From IMG/VR virus record IMGVR_UViG_3300044974_000943: a stretch of DNA of 64,000 bases; one strand, written 5' to 3'. The DNA is from a virus. Under the pieces are notes generated by a model. That model worked only from the letters and a program-made list of their open reading frames with translations, did no database searches and had not been told where the DNA came from. Position 1 is the first letter of the stretch; the number at the start of each line of letters is the position of its first letter. Shown piece after piece: positions 28,140 through 37,237 of the stretch. The position numbers and the translations under genes are program-made.

Positions 28140-28508
28140 GTGGGTCTTAGTTATTCCCAAGAGAAGCTTTTTGGCTTTCCGTTAAAATCGGGAGCAGTTT
28201 CTTTTGGGAAAATTAATGCTCAGAACGCGAATGCTTTCTTTCTGCTCAACAACTCTTCCTTGTTGGCTGGCTCTGTTACTTATGAAACAGTAACAATAAA
28301 TTTTGAAGGAATTAAAGTAGCTGGTATTCCCTTTCAAAAACCTTCTTTACAACAATTTGGTTCTCAATCATTCCCATTTAGGGGACAGAATTGGGTAGTT
28401 ATAGCTGTAGACTATAGTGGCATATACACGGTAGGCTCCGAACAATGCTATCGTAATTACACTCTTACAGGAGTCGAGTTAAATAGTCCAGAATTTGCGA
28501 TAAGTTAG
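28140..28508 (+). CDS. Putative tail-tip protein
   Basis: Operon position; N-terminus (LSYSQEKLFGFPL) resembles that of the preceding gene (LNVQQTKLYGIPV). Confidence 0.4.
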   Translation: MGLSYSQEKLFGFPLKSGAVSFGKINAQNANAFFLLNNSSLLAGSVTYETVTINFEGIKVAGIPFQKPSLQQFGSQSFPFRGQNWVVIAVDYSGIYTVGSEQCYRNYTLTGVELNSPEFAIS

Positions 28509-29168
28509 ATGTGGAAACTACTTAAAGATACGCCCAAACGATTGCCAACTTGGGTTGGAGGTGCAGCCGTGTCGCCATATACAAGCGAATCTACTAATAC
28601 TGTAAATCTTGACACATATACAGCACAAGCCTCTTATCTGACTGTAATCAAGCTAGACCAGAAATTCAAGTTACCTTTTCTTGTCGGTTTCAACTTTGTA
28701 GCCCTTGGTGCTGATGGATACAATAACTCAGGCTCTCGCTTTGCCACACCTGACCTCAATGCTTGCTACTACTTGACAACTGGCGATTACCCCACTTCCA
28801 AGACGGCTACGCTCGATTTCCATTTCACTGACCTCAACAGCCACACAGATTTAGACTGGACTGTATACTTCCCGAACGCAATTATTTTTAAAGACCGAGA
28901 CACGACCGCATATAAAGTTTTGGACATCAAAGGCTTTTCAATCACTGACCGCACGACCATCAGAGTACGTCTTGATTTTGACATACTCTCGCCATTTCTA
29001 GGCTTCGCTTCGCTTGTGCAGAAAAAGAAGTTGCTCAGGTTGGTAGGGGCGGCGGCTGATACTGAGAGCGTCAGTTACTACGGGCAAGTTTACCGATACG
29101 ACAAGTTCCTGAAGTTTGGCAAAAATAGTTTCTTCACTTCGCAGGGGGATATATTATTGTGTCCTTAG
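28509..29168 (+). CDS. Hypothetical tail-region protein
   Basis: Tightly coupled ORF. Confidence 0.5.
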   Translation: MWKLLKDTPKRLPTWVGGAAVSPYTSESTNTVNLDTYTAQASYLTVIKLDQKFKLPFLVGFNFVALGADGYNNSGSRFATPDLNACYYLTTGDYPTSKTATLDFHFTDLNSHTDLDWTVYFPNAIIFKDRDTTAYKVLDIKGFSITDRTTIRVRLDFDILSPFLGFASLVQKKKLLRLVGAAADTESVSYYGQVYRYDKFLKFGKNSFFTSQGDILLCP

Positions 29169-31843
29169 TCTCAAATCTATCCAATAGCGCCGAAAATCCT
29201 CTCAGAGCCGTTGTAGGTACTTACACGCTAAATCAGGAGCTTGACCAACCTCCCTCTCTTTCTGCCGTCATTTACGTGGCAACTCTGAATGAAATACCAG
29301 CATTGGGAAGTGACTTAACCTTTGGTAACTATAATTTCTATCTAACCAACTACAGCTACAAAGAATCACCCCAAGTTCAAAAAATTGGGAATGCGTCGGT
29401 TCGGTACGAGGTTTCGCTTAGCTATTCTCATGTCAGTAAGCTTTTTACAGAAAAGGGAATTAACACAGCTAAATTTGTCTTGGCTTATGGGCGTTCGGCG
29501 CAAATTATCGGAGAACAGTTTTATCGATTTAGTCTAGCTTCGCTTTTATCTCAGGTCGCATTGTTTACTGGCATCAACTGCCCAATCACAGGGCTTAGTG
29601 GTTTTGTCAACCTTCCATATAGACCAGCTAACACCGATTTCTTCAGCTTGCGCTCTTTTCTCGACGAACGCGCTATCCTTGACGGCAAAGTAGCTATTTA
29701 CTCACAATCTGGCATCGATTACGTTGCACTTGGTTCTGGACGCTCAATTACGGCTACGCCTCTTACTGAAATTACTTTGACGGACAACGAGACACCTTGC
29801 TACAAGAACACGCTTCTCAATTGGAATGGTGGTACTAACTACGGACTTCAAAATACTTACGTCCAAGTGACCGATGATGAGTATGTACTTTATGAAGGTG
29901 ACAGCAATCCCCACTTACCTCCAGTAGAAGTAGGTGATGGCAGCCTCGTTCCTCGCGACCTTAGTGTGTTTGTTGATAACGGTGGTTTAAGTAAGCAATT
30001 TAAGATTACGCTTTACAAATACGGGCAACCGCAGTCGGAAATTAGTGGCACTTATGGTTTCAGCCACTCAGCGCTAGAGCTAGTTACTGACCCGATGGCT
30101 CCAATCAATATTGACACTTCAATTCTTAACAGGATGCAAAGTAATCCTGCACTTCAACAAAATGCTCTGAAAGGTTTGTTAGGCAATCTTGCCAATCAAG
30201 CTATGGGTATGGTGGGGCAAAATATCTTTGCAAGACCTATCGTGTGGCGCGTAACAAGTATCAAGCAGACTGATTTTGTATATCAGCCTCTAGAACTTGA
30301 CATTAAGCCTCAAGTATTGGATAGGTCGGGCAATTACGTCAAAATTGAAGTGCCAGAGCAGTACCAGAACCTCCTTAAGTCTAATTCGCAAGTATTGGTA
30401 GCTGAACAGACTGAAGGATGGACAATTAAGCGTTTTGCCAATGAAGATGCGGCAAACTGGACTCAAGGTAGTATTCAGGCATACATCAACCTTACTTTTC
30501 TGCTTCAAATTGGGAATCAGATTGCAAATGACCCAATAAGTCTTCAGTATTATTATCTTTCTGTCTACAAAGCAAAATGCAAACTTGAAAGCTTCCTATA
30601 CCGCAAAATCCCTATCACTGAGCGCGTAGACTATTTTATCGAGCCGTTTAGCAAATATTACAAAGATGGCGACAAAGTTGATTGGAACGTTGAGTATATT
30701 CCCAAAGCTCAACTACCTAACTCGCCCAGCACTCAAGACCCCGTAGCAGTACTTTTCCCTAGTCCTGACTGGGTTCCTAACTTGATGATAGTTAGTAAGT
30801 CGAGATACTCGATTTCTGCGGCTGTTAGTGGCAACCCTGAGTATAATGACCAAGCAGCTTCGCTCTGGGGCAAGAACCCTATCTATTTGACCACTGGGGA
30901 AGAAGTTTACGAACATACTCGCTACATGATTCGTCCTAGCAAAACAACAAAGCAAAACATTGATAGAATTTATGAAACATTCAATGACCTAAATGGTTTG
31001 TTAGGTTCTATCAACCAAAATGATTTATATAGCGGCACTTACTATCGTCCATTTAGTTACATGAATGTGCCTGATGATGCGGTAATAGGACAAGGTGTAC
31101 CGCCAAGTATTGATGTCAACAAGGTGATTCCAACACAGCAGAAAAAAGATGGTTCAGCAGTACCATCCTATTCAACCGCAGCTAATGATGCCAGTTTCAA
31201 AGACGACTCCTACTCAATCTACGGAACAATCCGCACAGTTGCCGATGCCAGCTTCAAGAGCAACATACAGAGTTCAAGCTTCAGTACAGCTTTGGGGCGA
31301 CCTCCTAGCGCTACAGTACGCAAACCAGTTAATCAACTCAACCCAACACAGGATAAGAATGGACTCAAAGACTCGCTGACTTATCTGACCTCAAATGTAC
31401 GTGACCGCAACATATTGAGCGATGTGACAATTACTGGGGCGCAGAACTTACAAGAAGCAATCAAGGGCGCAACATTCAAGCTGCATAAAGATGTGTTCGA
31501 CGGTGCAAGCTTGAGTACGTCATTTACGTGGACACAGAACGCAATAAAGCCAAATAGCGTGTTTCAATACTTTGGGCAAAAGTGGGCTGCTAAGTCGAGT
31601 ACGTTCACTACGCAGATAATCAACGGAGGTGCGCTTAATCAGCCAGTCAGCGTCACATTTGGTGAAGTGATACCAGTTGCACTTACAGTGGTCAGCACGA
31701 CCGCTACGGCGCTAAATACTATCAAGGGTGGACTGGTTACTACAGTGAATGTGACTGGGCTTCCCAATAATATCGGAAATAGTTTAGACAATGTTCCTTT
31801 AAATTTCGGAAGATGGGTTCAAAGCGGAGGCTCTGGACTTTAG
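29159..31843 (+). CDS. Putative baseplate hub/tail-tip protein
   Basis: 894 aa, downstream of tape measure, beta-rich termini; synteny-based call. Confidence 0.45.
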   Translation: MSLVSNLSNSAENPLRAVVGTYTLNQELDQPPSLSAVIYVATLNEIPALGSDLTFGNYNFYLTNYSYKESPQVQKIGNASVRYEVSLSYSHVSKLFTEKGINTAKFVLAYGRSAQIIGEQFYRFSLASLLSQVALFTGINCPITGLSGFVNLPYRPANTDFFSLRSFLDERAILDGKVAIYSQSGIDYVALGSGRSITATPLTEITLTDNETPCYKNTLLNWNGGTNYGLQNTYVQVTDDEYVLYEGDSNPHLPPVEVGDGSLVPRDLSVFVDNGGLSKQFKITLYKYGQPQSEISGTYGFSHSALELVTDPMAPINIDTSILNRMQSNPALQQNALKGLLGNLANQAMGMVGQNIFARPIVWRVTSIKQTDFVYQPLELDIKPQVLDRSGNYVKIEVPEQYQNLLKSNSQVLVAEQTEGWTIKRFANEDAANWTQGSIQAYINLTFLLQIGNQIANDPISLQYYYLSVYKAKCKLESFLYRKIPITERVDYFIEPFSKYYKDGDKVDWNVEYIPKAQLPNSPSTQDPVAVLFPSPDWVPNLMIVSKSRYSISAAVSGNPEYNDQAASLWGKNPIYLTTGEEVYEHTRYMIRPSKTTKQNIDRIYETFNDLNGLLGSINQNDLYSGTYYRPFSYMNVPDDAVIGQGVPPSIDVNKVIPTQQKKDGSAVPSYSTAANDASFKDDSYSIYGTIRTVADASFKSNIQSSSFSTALGRPPSATVRKPVNQLNPTQDKNGLKDSLTYLTSNVRDRNILSDVTITGAQNLQEAIKGATFKLHKDVFDGASLSTSFTWTQNAIKPNSVFQYFGQKWAAKSSTFTTQIINGGALNQPVSVTFGEVIPVALTVVSTTATALNTIKGGLVTTVNVTGLPNNIGNSLDNVPLNFGRWVQSGGSGL

Positions 31844-32128
31844 GTAGTCTTGATACCATTCTTCTACACTCGGTTTTAAACCTTTTCGCATATAAGCTTG
31901 ATTTGTATACCAAAGCCCATCTTTGATGCTGTACCAGTGATGGTAGTTGCCAAAGCTTGCAATAACGTGTTCATCGAAGTCATCGAGGTTTTCAAACACT
32001 GCAATCCAGATTATATTTCCACCGTTGAGGTAGCGATGCCAAACTTGCACATGATTAACTTGAAAACGCTCGTAAGCGCCACAGTCTTCGAGAGTGCATT
32101 CTGATAATGGAGGTGTGATTCTAGTCAT
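31799..32128 (-). CDS. Hypothetical protein
   Basis: Last gene of a tightly packed minus-strand operon. Confidence 0.55.
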   Translation of the reverse strand: MTRITPPLSECTLEDCGAYERFQVNHVQVWHRYLNGGNIIWIAVFENLDDFDEHVIASFGNYHHWYSIKDGLWYTNQAYMRKGLKPSVEEWYQDYLKSRASALNPSSEI

Positions 32129-32129
32129 G

Positions 32130-32297
32130 TTAGTTTTCCCAAGGTCTTTTCATAGTTGCGAAATCCCCTTTTATGGGGCGGTCAATGTAATTGCGTAGAC
32201 TGTTTAAAACTTTTTTGTGATATTCGATTGGGTCAGGCGCTGAAGCGGCAATCAGCGCCATTAATTTATCGTAGTTAGGTGTTGAGTTGTGTGTCAT
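32130..32297 (-). CDS. Small hypothetical protein (55 aa, not in ORF track)
   Basis: MTHNSTPNYDKLMALIAASAPDPIEY...PWEN; ATGA overlap with the upstream stop; fills the gap exactly. Confidence 0.55.
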   Translation of the reverse strand: MTHNSTPNYDKLMALIAASAPDPIEYHKKVLNSLRNYIDRPIKGDFATMKRPWEN

Positions 32298-32773
32298 GGT
32301 TTTTTAAAATATTTAACTCGGTTGGAAGGGTAAGTCTTCAGTGTGTAACCGTTACCTAAAAGTAGCTCTGCAATTTCTTCTTTTGACCAGTTTAAGCTGG
32401 GTATTGCTTTCTTGACATCTGCCGTAGTGAATAATCTGTTGAAACTATAGGCAACATTTAAAATACCTTGAGTCTCTATTTCGGCTGGTACAAAATCAAT
32501 TGGGGTAGGGAAAACTTCTTCTTGGTAAGTAAGCAATTCTTGCAATACATGAACATTATAGACAAACCACTCACCAGAGACTCTAGAGCCAGCCAACCTT
32601 TGATGCAATAATTTCTCATCTTCAATACCACCTTTGAAAGTAAAAAGTAAGTCCAGTCGGTCAGTAGTCCCACATTGCAAAGTTGCCAAACGTTTTAATG
32701 GGTCAGTTGCATATCCAATCTTGACCTCGTTTTTATTAGGGCAGTGAATAGCATAAATGAATGTCTGTGCCAT
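32294..32773 (-). CDS. T5orf172/MUG113-type GIY-YIG domain protein
   Basis: FIYAI...VKIGYATDPLKRLATLQ...EKLLH...GEWF. Confidence 0.85.
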   Translation of the reverse strand: MAQTFIYAIHCPNKNEVKIGYATDPLKRLATLQCGTTDRLDLLFTFKGGIEDEKLLHQRLAGSRVSGEWFVYNVHVLQELLTYQEEVFPTPIDFVPAEIETQGILNVAYSFNRLFTTADVKKAIPSLNWSKEEIAELLLGNGYTLKTYPSNRVKYFKKP

Positions 32774-32774
32774 G

Positions 32775-33467
32775 TTATTTAATTTTCTCAAAAAATATAA
32801 CTCTAGAAGCATCGGTCTTTTGCTCGTAGCCTAAATCTTGCATTACATCCTTAATAACTTTGGGAGTAATTTCTGGACAGTCTTCACAAGCAGCTTTCAA
32901 GTTCTTAAAATAGATTCTTGTACGCTTTTTAGTTTTAGTGTTGGCTAAAGTCTCTTCACAGTAATCTTCTAGGAAATCTCGAATAGCGAAGTTCTGTTTT
33001 TTCTTGATTGCAAAGTAACGCTTGATACCACTGAGAAGTACAGAAAAAGGAATGTGATTAGTCCCAAAGTATTCCTCAAGACTCAGAGATAAAAATGCAA
33101 TTTCTTCAGAGTCAGCTTCTAGGGGCAATTCTTTAAAAGTGATGGACTTTTTTTCAAAATCGTAGTCAAAGTTAACAAGTAGGTGGGGCGCAGTAGTAAA
33201 AAATCTAGCTAGCTTAGTCTCAGAGATTTTCTTGTCGGTAGATAACTCTACCAAGAGCTTTTGTGTTTCTTTTTGCTGTTTGTTAACTTCATCGAGGGTG
33301 TTTTGAAGTCCTTGAAGCATATCTACAGTCTGAGCGTGTTGTTTTGCAAGTAACAAGGCACTGATTTTGTAATTGTCTGGGGTAAACAACTCTGCAATCT
33401 CATAAGGCTCTAGCGGTCGTTCTGCTAGCTTTAATTTTAGTAAGTCTTCGGGGTTTGCTGATTTCAT
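32775..33467 (-). CDS. Coiled-coil protein with possible C-terminal winged-helix DNA-binding domain
   Basis: FLEDYCEE...IKDVMQDLGYEQK...RVIFF resembles wHTH C-termini of phage primase-helicases. TGCTATTAT promoter at 33490-33498 (-). Confidence 0.4.
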   Translation of the reverse strand: MKSANPEDLLKLKLAERPLEPYEIAELFTPDNYKISALLLAKQHAQTVDMLQGLQNTLDEVNKQQKETQKLLVELSTDKKISETKLARFFTTAPHLLVNFDYDFEKKSITFKELPLEADSEEIAFLSLSLEEYFGTNHIPFSVLLSGIKRYFAIKKKQNFAIRDFLEDYCEETLANTKTKKRTRIYFKNLKAACEDCPEITPKVIKDVMQDLGYEQKTDASRVIFFEKIK

Positions 33468-33746
33468 GTACTTTAATAGTCTTTTTATTATAATAGCACA
33501 CTATTTTTGCATCACTTTTGCTAGGTTATCTATGCAGACTATTTGCAGGGTTTCTCGGCTTGTAATTATTACTTACCGTTTTACTGCTAGGTTATTTTAG
33601 TGATTTGCTAAAAATATTTGCAGACTATTAGAGGCTTGAAACAACGTAGTCTCGTAGAAAGTAATAGCAAAAGTACCCTTCCTAATACTTCTAATCCTCC
33701 TCCTAGAACAATCTCCTCTTCACAGCCCTTCGGCGACTGAGAATAC

Positions 33747-33777
33747 AAGAAACCCCCAGTCATTACAACCAGAGGTT
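33747..33777 (-). terminator. Intrinsic terminator for minus-strand genes
   Basis: Minus-strand hairpin AACCTCTGGTT-GTAAT-GACTGGGGGTT (several G-U pairs) followed by TCTT. Confidence 0.45.
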
Positions 33778-33806
33778 ACACATCGAGCATACAAACTAGC
33801 GATTAA

Positions 33807-34328
33807 CTACACTGCAAACTCTTCTTCAGTAATAGTCTCCTCATCATCTTCACCTTCTTCATCTTCGTACTCGACATCCTCACCATAAAGTGACTCGTAC
33901 AAGTCCTCAACGTACAATTCGACAAGCTCCTCATCATATTCAGCATCAGGGGGTGTAAACTCGATGCCATAAGTATATGTAGCACCTTCTTCAGAGACAA
34001 CAGTACGAGAGACTGTAATCGACGTATCGGACGACGTAACTTCAGCATTTTCGTATTCTTCACGTAATGCTTCGGCTGCTTCAACAAATTTAGAGATTGG
34101 GTAGGTCATATTGGTTGTTTTGGGTAATGTTGTGGGAAATTCAGCAGGTGCAATCTTAAAAGTTTCAGCTTTCACATAATCGTAAATAGCTTCGCCAGTC
34201 AAACCTAGTTCGAGAGCTTCTTTTCCGAATCTTTCAATATCGGAGTTCAAAGAGTAGTCAGCAAAGAACTGAGAGCCACTATCGGAAGTGACTTTCAGCA
34301 TTAGACCAGAGTTGTAAGGTAATGGCAT
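33807..34328 (-). CDS. Highly acidic hypothetical protein
   Basis: C-terminal third is dominated by E/D. Confidence 0.6.
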   Translation of the reverse strand: MPLPYNSGLMLKVTSDSGSQFFADYSLNSDIERFGKEALELGLTGEAIYDYVKAETFKIAPAEFPTTLPKTTNMTYPISKFVEAAEALREEYENAEVTSSDTSITVSRTVVSEEGATYTYGIEFTPPDAEYDEELVELYVEDLYESLYGEDVEYEDEEGEDDEETITEEEFAV

Positions 34329-34353
34329 AACTTATTGATGTATGTTTAGGTTG

Positions 34354-34770
34354 TTAGATTCCGAGAAATTTACCGTAGTGATGCTCAACAAGCAAGCACA
34401 AGTATTCTAAGAGATTGTCGAGCGTGTCTTTAGAGTCTTTTTTCAGTAACTCTTTAAACCCGACTGAACACCAGATTGGGTTATCAGCAATATCTGTCTT
34501 GTGAGCCAGACCTTTTATAGTCAGAATTTCTTCTGCTGTAACGTGAAACCACTCGTTGAAGTAAGGAAACAGTGCTGCAATTTCCTCTGGTGTACCAAAA
34601 ATCTTCTGATAAAAGACAATTTCAGCTTTGTTGGGTTCAGTACGAGGTTGGGCATGGAACTCCATCAATTGTGGACGGTCGAGCCTTACAATGACAGATT
34701 TGTTAGCTTCACTAATCTCTACGTGGAGGTAATATGGTCTAGTTGTTTTGTGTGGCATATATAGTGGCAT
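34354..34770 (-). CDS. Hypothetical protein
   Basis: Likely start at ATG 34770 or 34758, downstream of a TGTTATTAT element. Confidence 0.55.
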   Translation of the reverse strand: MPLYMPHKTTRPYYLHVEISEANKSVIVRLDRPQLMEFHAQPRTEPNKAEIVFYQKIFGTPEEIAALFPYFNEWFHVTAEEILTIKGLAHKTDIADNPIWCSVGFKELLKKDSKDTLDNLLEYLCLLVEHHYGKFLGI

Positions 34771-34851
34771 AATAGTTGCATATACATAATAACACAACTC
34801 GCTGTCGCTCGTTTGGCAGAAAAGAAATCTGAGACAAGGTATAATAATGAG

Positions 34852-35022
34852 ATGACTCAAGACATCAACTACACCGAGGCGCTAGCCGCTATCAAGCAAG
34901 GGCTGCAAAACGTGGTTCCGCGAGTCGTCCAAGAAGGAAATCGGGTAAAACTCACACAAGGTAGTGAGACGTTCACTTTCAATATAGCTACGCCTGTAAC
35001 AAACACAACGGTTATGAAATAA
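34852..35022 (+). CDS. Small hypothetical protein, possibly leaderless
   Basis: TATAAT at 34840-34845 places the transcription start on the ATG at 34852. Confidence 0.5.
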   Translation: MTQDINYTEALAAIKQGLQNVVPRVVQEGNRVKLTQGSETFTFNIATPVTNTTVMK

Positions 35023-35026
35023 AACT

Positions 35027-35572
35027 ATGCAACACTTCGCAGACTTTGGGTACGTTAGACAAGCTAATAAACAACTGAAGCGATTGTACGATTTACAAGG
35101 CACAAAGATAGCGATACCTGATAAATCGAGACTAAACCCTGCCACTTTAGAAACAGGATTAGGAAATATCTCTGGCAATCTAACAAAAGATTTTGATAAA
35201 GGTCTTATAAATACAATCCCAAAAAATACCTTAAACCAAGTTAATCTGCAATTAGAAGAAAAATTAAGTAGGAAAAGAGCTATTAGACAATCAGGATTAG
35301 ATAAACAAGACCCTTTAAGTAGACCTATTAGACATAGCTACAACGAATACGATGCACCAGCCGTACTCCCTAAAACTGGTTGGTCTGATATTCGTAAAAC
35401 TGATGACCGAGCAGCTAGTCCTACGGGATATCTTGGATTCCGTACCGACCCTTACAAGGGATATGGAGGTATGATGGAAGAGCCTATACCTAAACCAGAC
35501 TTATATCCTGATGGTATGCCTCAGACTGTTAAAAAATACGCCAGCAGACTGAGCAGAAAAGAGGTTAATTAA
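35027..35572 (+). CDS. Putative internal head protein with MQHFADF leader
   Basis: N-terminus matches the MRHFANF leaders at 8027 and 8754. Confidence 0.5.
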   Translation: MQHFADFGYVRQANKQLKRLYDLQGTKIAIPDKSRLNPATLETGLGNISGNLTKDFDKGLINTIPKNTLNQVNLQLEEKLSRKRAIRQSGLDKQDPLSRPIRHSYNEYDAPAVLPKTGWSDIRKTDDRAASPTGYLGFRTDPYKGYGGMMEEPIPKPDLYPDGMPQTVKKYASRLSRKEVN

Positions 35573-37182
35573 TGAAGACAACCTACGCAGCGTCAAAAAC
35601 CCTACCTGTACCAACCATCACTACTACATCTGGTGGGAGCATCTCAGCAAACACGTACTACTTTTTTTTAGTTAGGCGAAATCGCGCTGGGTATACTAAC
35701 CCGTCACCCGTAAAATCTCTCGCAGTGAGCGCAAGCGGTAGTGTAACAATCGACGCAAGCAACTTTAACACACTCAGCTACGAAGACATTCATGAAACCC
35801 TCATCTCTGTATCAACTACAAACTCATACACCTCTTCTCGAATCATCTACCGCTTTAATCACTTTGCCGCAGACTACATAACCCCAATCACTCCAGCTAA
35901 CGTAGTAATCACGGCTAACGCCACTTTAAACAGTCCGACGAGCTATTCTAACCCCGCAGACATCAGCGCCCTCACAGGTCTATTAACTGGCTTTAGGGTA
36001 CTTCTCAACGGGTCGGGTTTTGTGTACGAATTTATTAGCGGTTCAGTATCTCCCGTAGACAATATTACCGTGTTAGCGCACAATAGCGGTCGCTGGTTCA
36101 AAACTAGAGAAGCAAGCCTATACGAAACCACTGCGTTAGCCGAAATTGACGTAATTAGCGCTGACCAAGACACATTACTTGTTGCCCCACTCGAAAACAT
36201 CAATTCCATTCCAGTCCCTATCAAATACTGGATTGTGAACGACACTGGCGGTACTTTGACGGGTTTACGTCTCAATCTAAGCGAATACACCTCTGACCCA
36301 GCTATACGGCTCGTCTTTGGTGTCAAGATTATTGGATACTTAAACCTCACCTCTTTCGCCTTGGATACAACTGGTATCGACAACCTTGGAGTGGTGCAAG
36401 AGTACCCCACGCTTGATATTGCGTTCAACAAGGGCATCCCCGATGGTTCGGCTGTAGTCCTAGAAGTGTCGCCTACGTCTCAACTTCTAGATGGTATTTC
36501 GGCTAAGACCTTCATCAGTATCTACCCCAAGCTGGTCAATTACGCGCTTCTACAAGACCTTCTTTTCTGGGACGCGCCAGTGGACAACATTGCGGCGCTC
36601 AAGAGCTTGAACTCAGTTCAATATAAATCTGGTCAAGTGCGTTTGGTTGAATCGGTCAATAGACCTTACAAGTACGATGCTGCATCCACTGCGTCCGACA
36701 ACGGTGACACAGTTCTGATTCCTAATACCAATCCTGCAACTGGGAGGTGGGTCGTTTTTAATCCTGCACTGCCCGACGGAAGCGTTGGACTGGCAAAGCT
36801 ATCTAACGAAGTGATAACGGCTCTTGGCGACCAAATAAAGACCAACACCGTGATAATATCCTCACCGACAAACTACACAATTGACCTTGATGCTGATTAC
36901 GACTACTTAATATTAAAAACTCCAGTTGCAGATATAAGCAACACCATCACTAACATTAACTTTACCGCTACACTTGCTAATAATCAAACTAAAGCACTCA
37001 TTGTTGAATTGGTACAGAATACAGGTGCGGTAGCTTTTGACAACAGCATACTATTTCCTAGTGGGACAACTCCAGTTTTGTCGGGAAATGGCAAATCTGA
37101 CATCATACTTTTTTCAGCCCGTAAGGATAGTGTTGGAGTGGTAAAGAAGCGTGGTAAGATTGCTACTACTGATGCAGGGTAG
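35572..37182 (+). CDS. Tail fibre/tailspike adaptor protein
   Basis: Two copies of a tailspike N-terminal-type module (I-x-AL...Y-x-Y/F...DN-x-x-VL...GRW). Confidence 0.6.
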   Translation: MKTTYAASKTLPVPTITTTSGGSISANTYYFFLVRRNRAGYTNPSPVKSLAVSASGSVTIDASNFNTLSYEDIHETLISVSTTNSYTSSRIIYRFNHFAADYITPITPANVVITANATLNSPTSYSNPADISALTGLLTGFRVLLNGSGFVYEFISGSVSPVDNITVLAHNSGRWFKTREASLYETTALAEIDVISADQDTLLVAPLENINSIPVPIKYWIVNDTGGTLTGLRLNLSEYTSDPAIRLVFGVKIIGYLNLTSFALDTTGIDNLGVVQEYPTLDIAFNKGIPDGSAVVLEVSPTSQLLDGISAKTFISIYPKLVNYALLQDLLFWDAPVDNIAALKSLNSVQYKSGQVRLVESVNRPYKYDAASTASDNGDTVLIPNTNPATGRWVVFNPALPDGSVGLAKLSNEVITALGDQIKTNTVIISSPTNYTIDLDADYDYLILKTPVADISNTITNINFTATLANNQTKALIVELVQNTGAVAFDNSILFPSGTTPVLSGNGKSDIILFSARKDSVGVVKKRGKIATTDAG

Positions 37183-37237
37183 CTCACTGGCGTTCGTAGA
37201 CAGAAAGAAATGAGCGTAAGCGAATAAAAGGAAGGTA

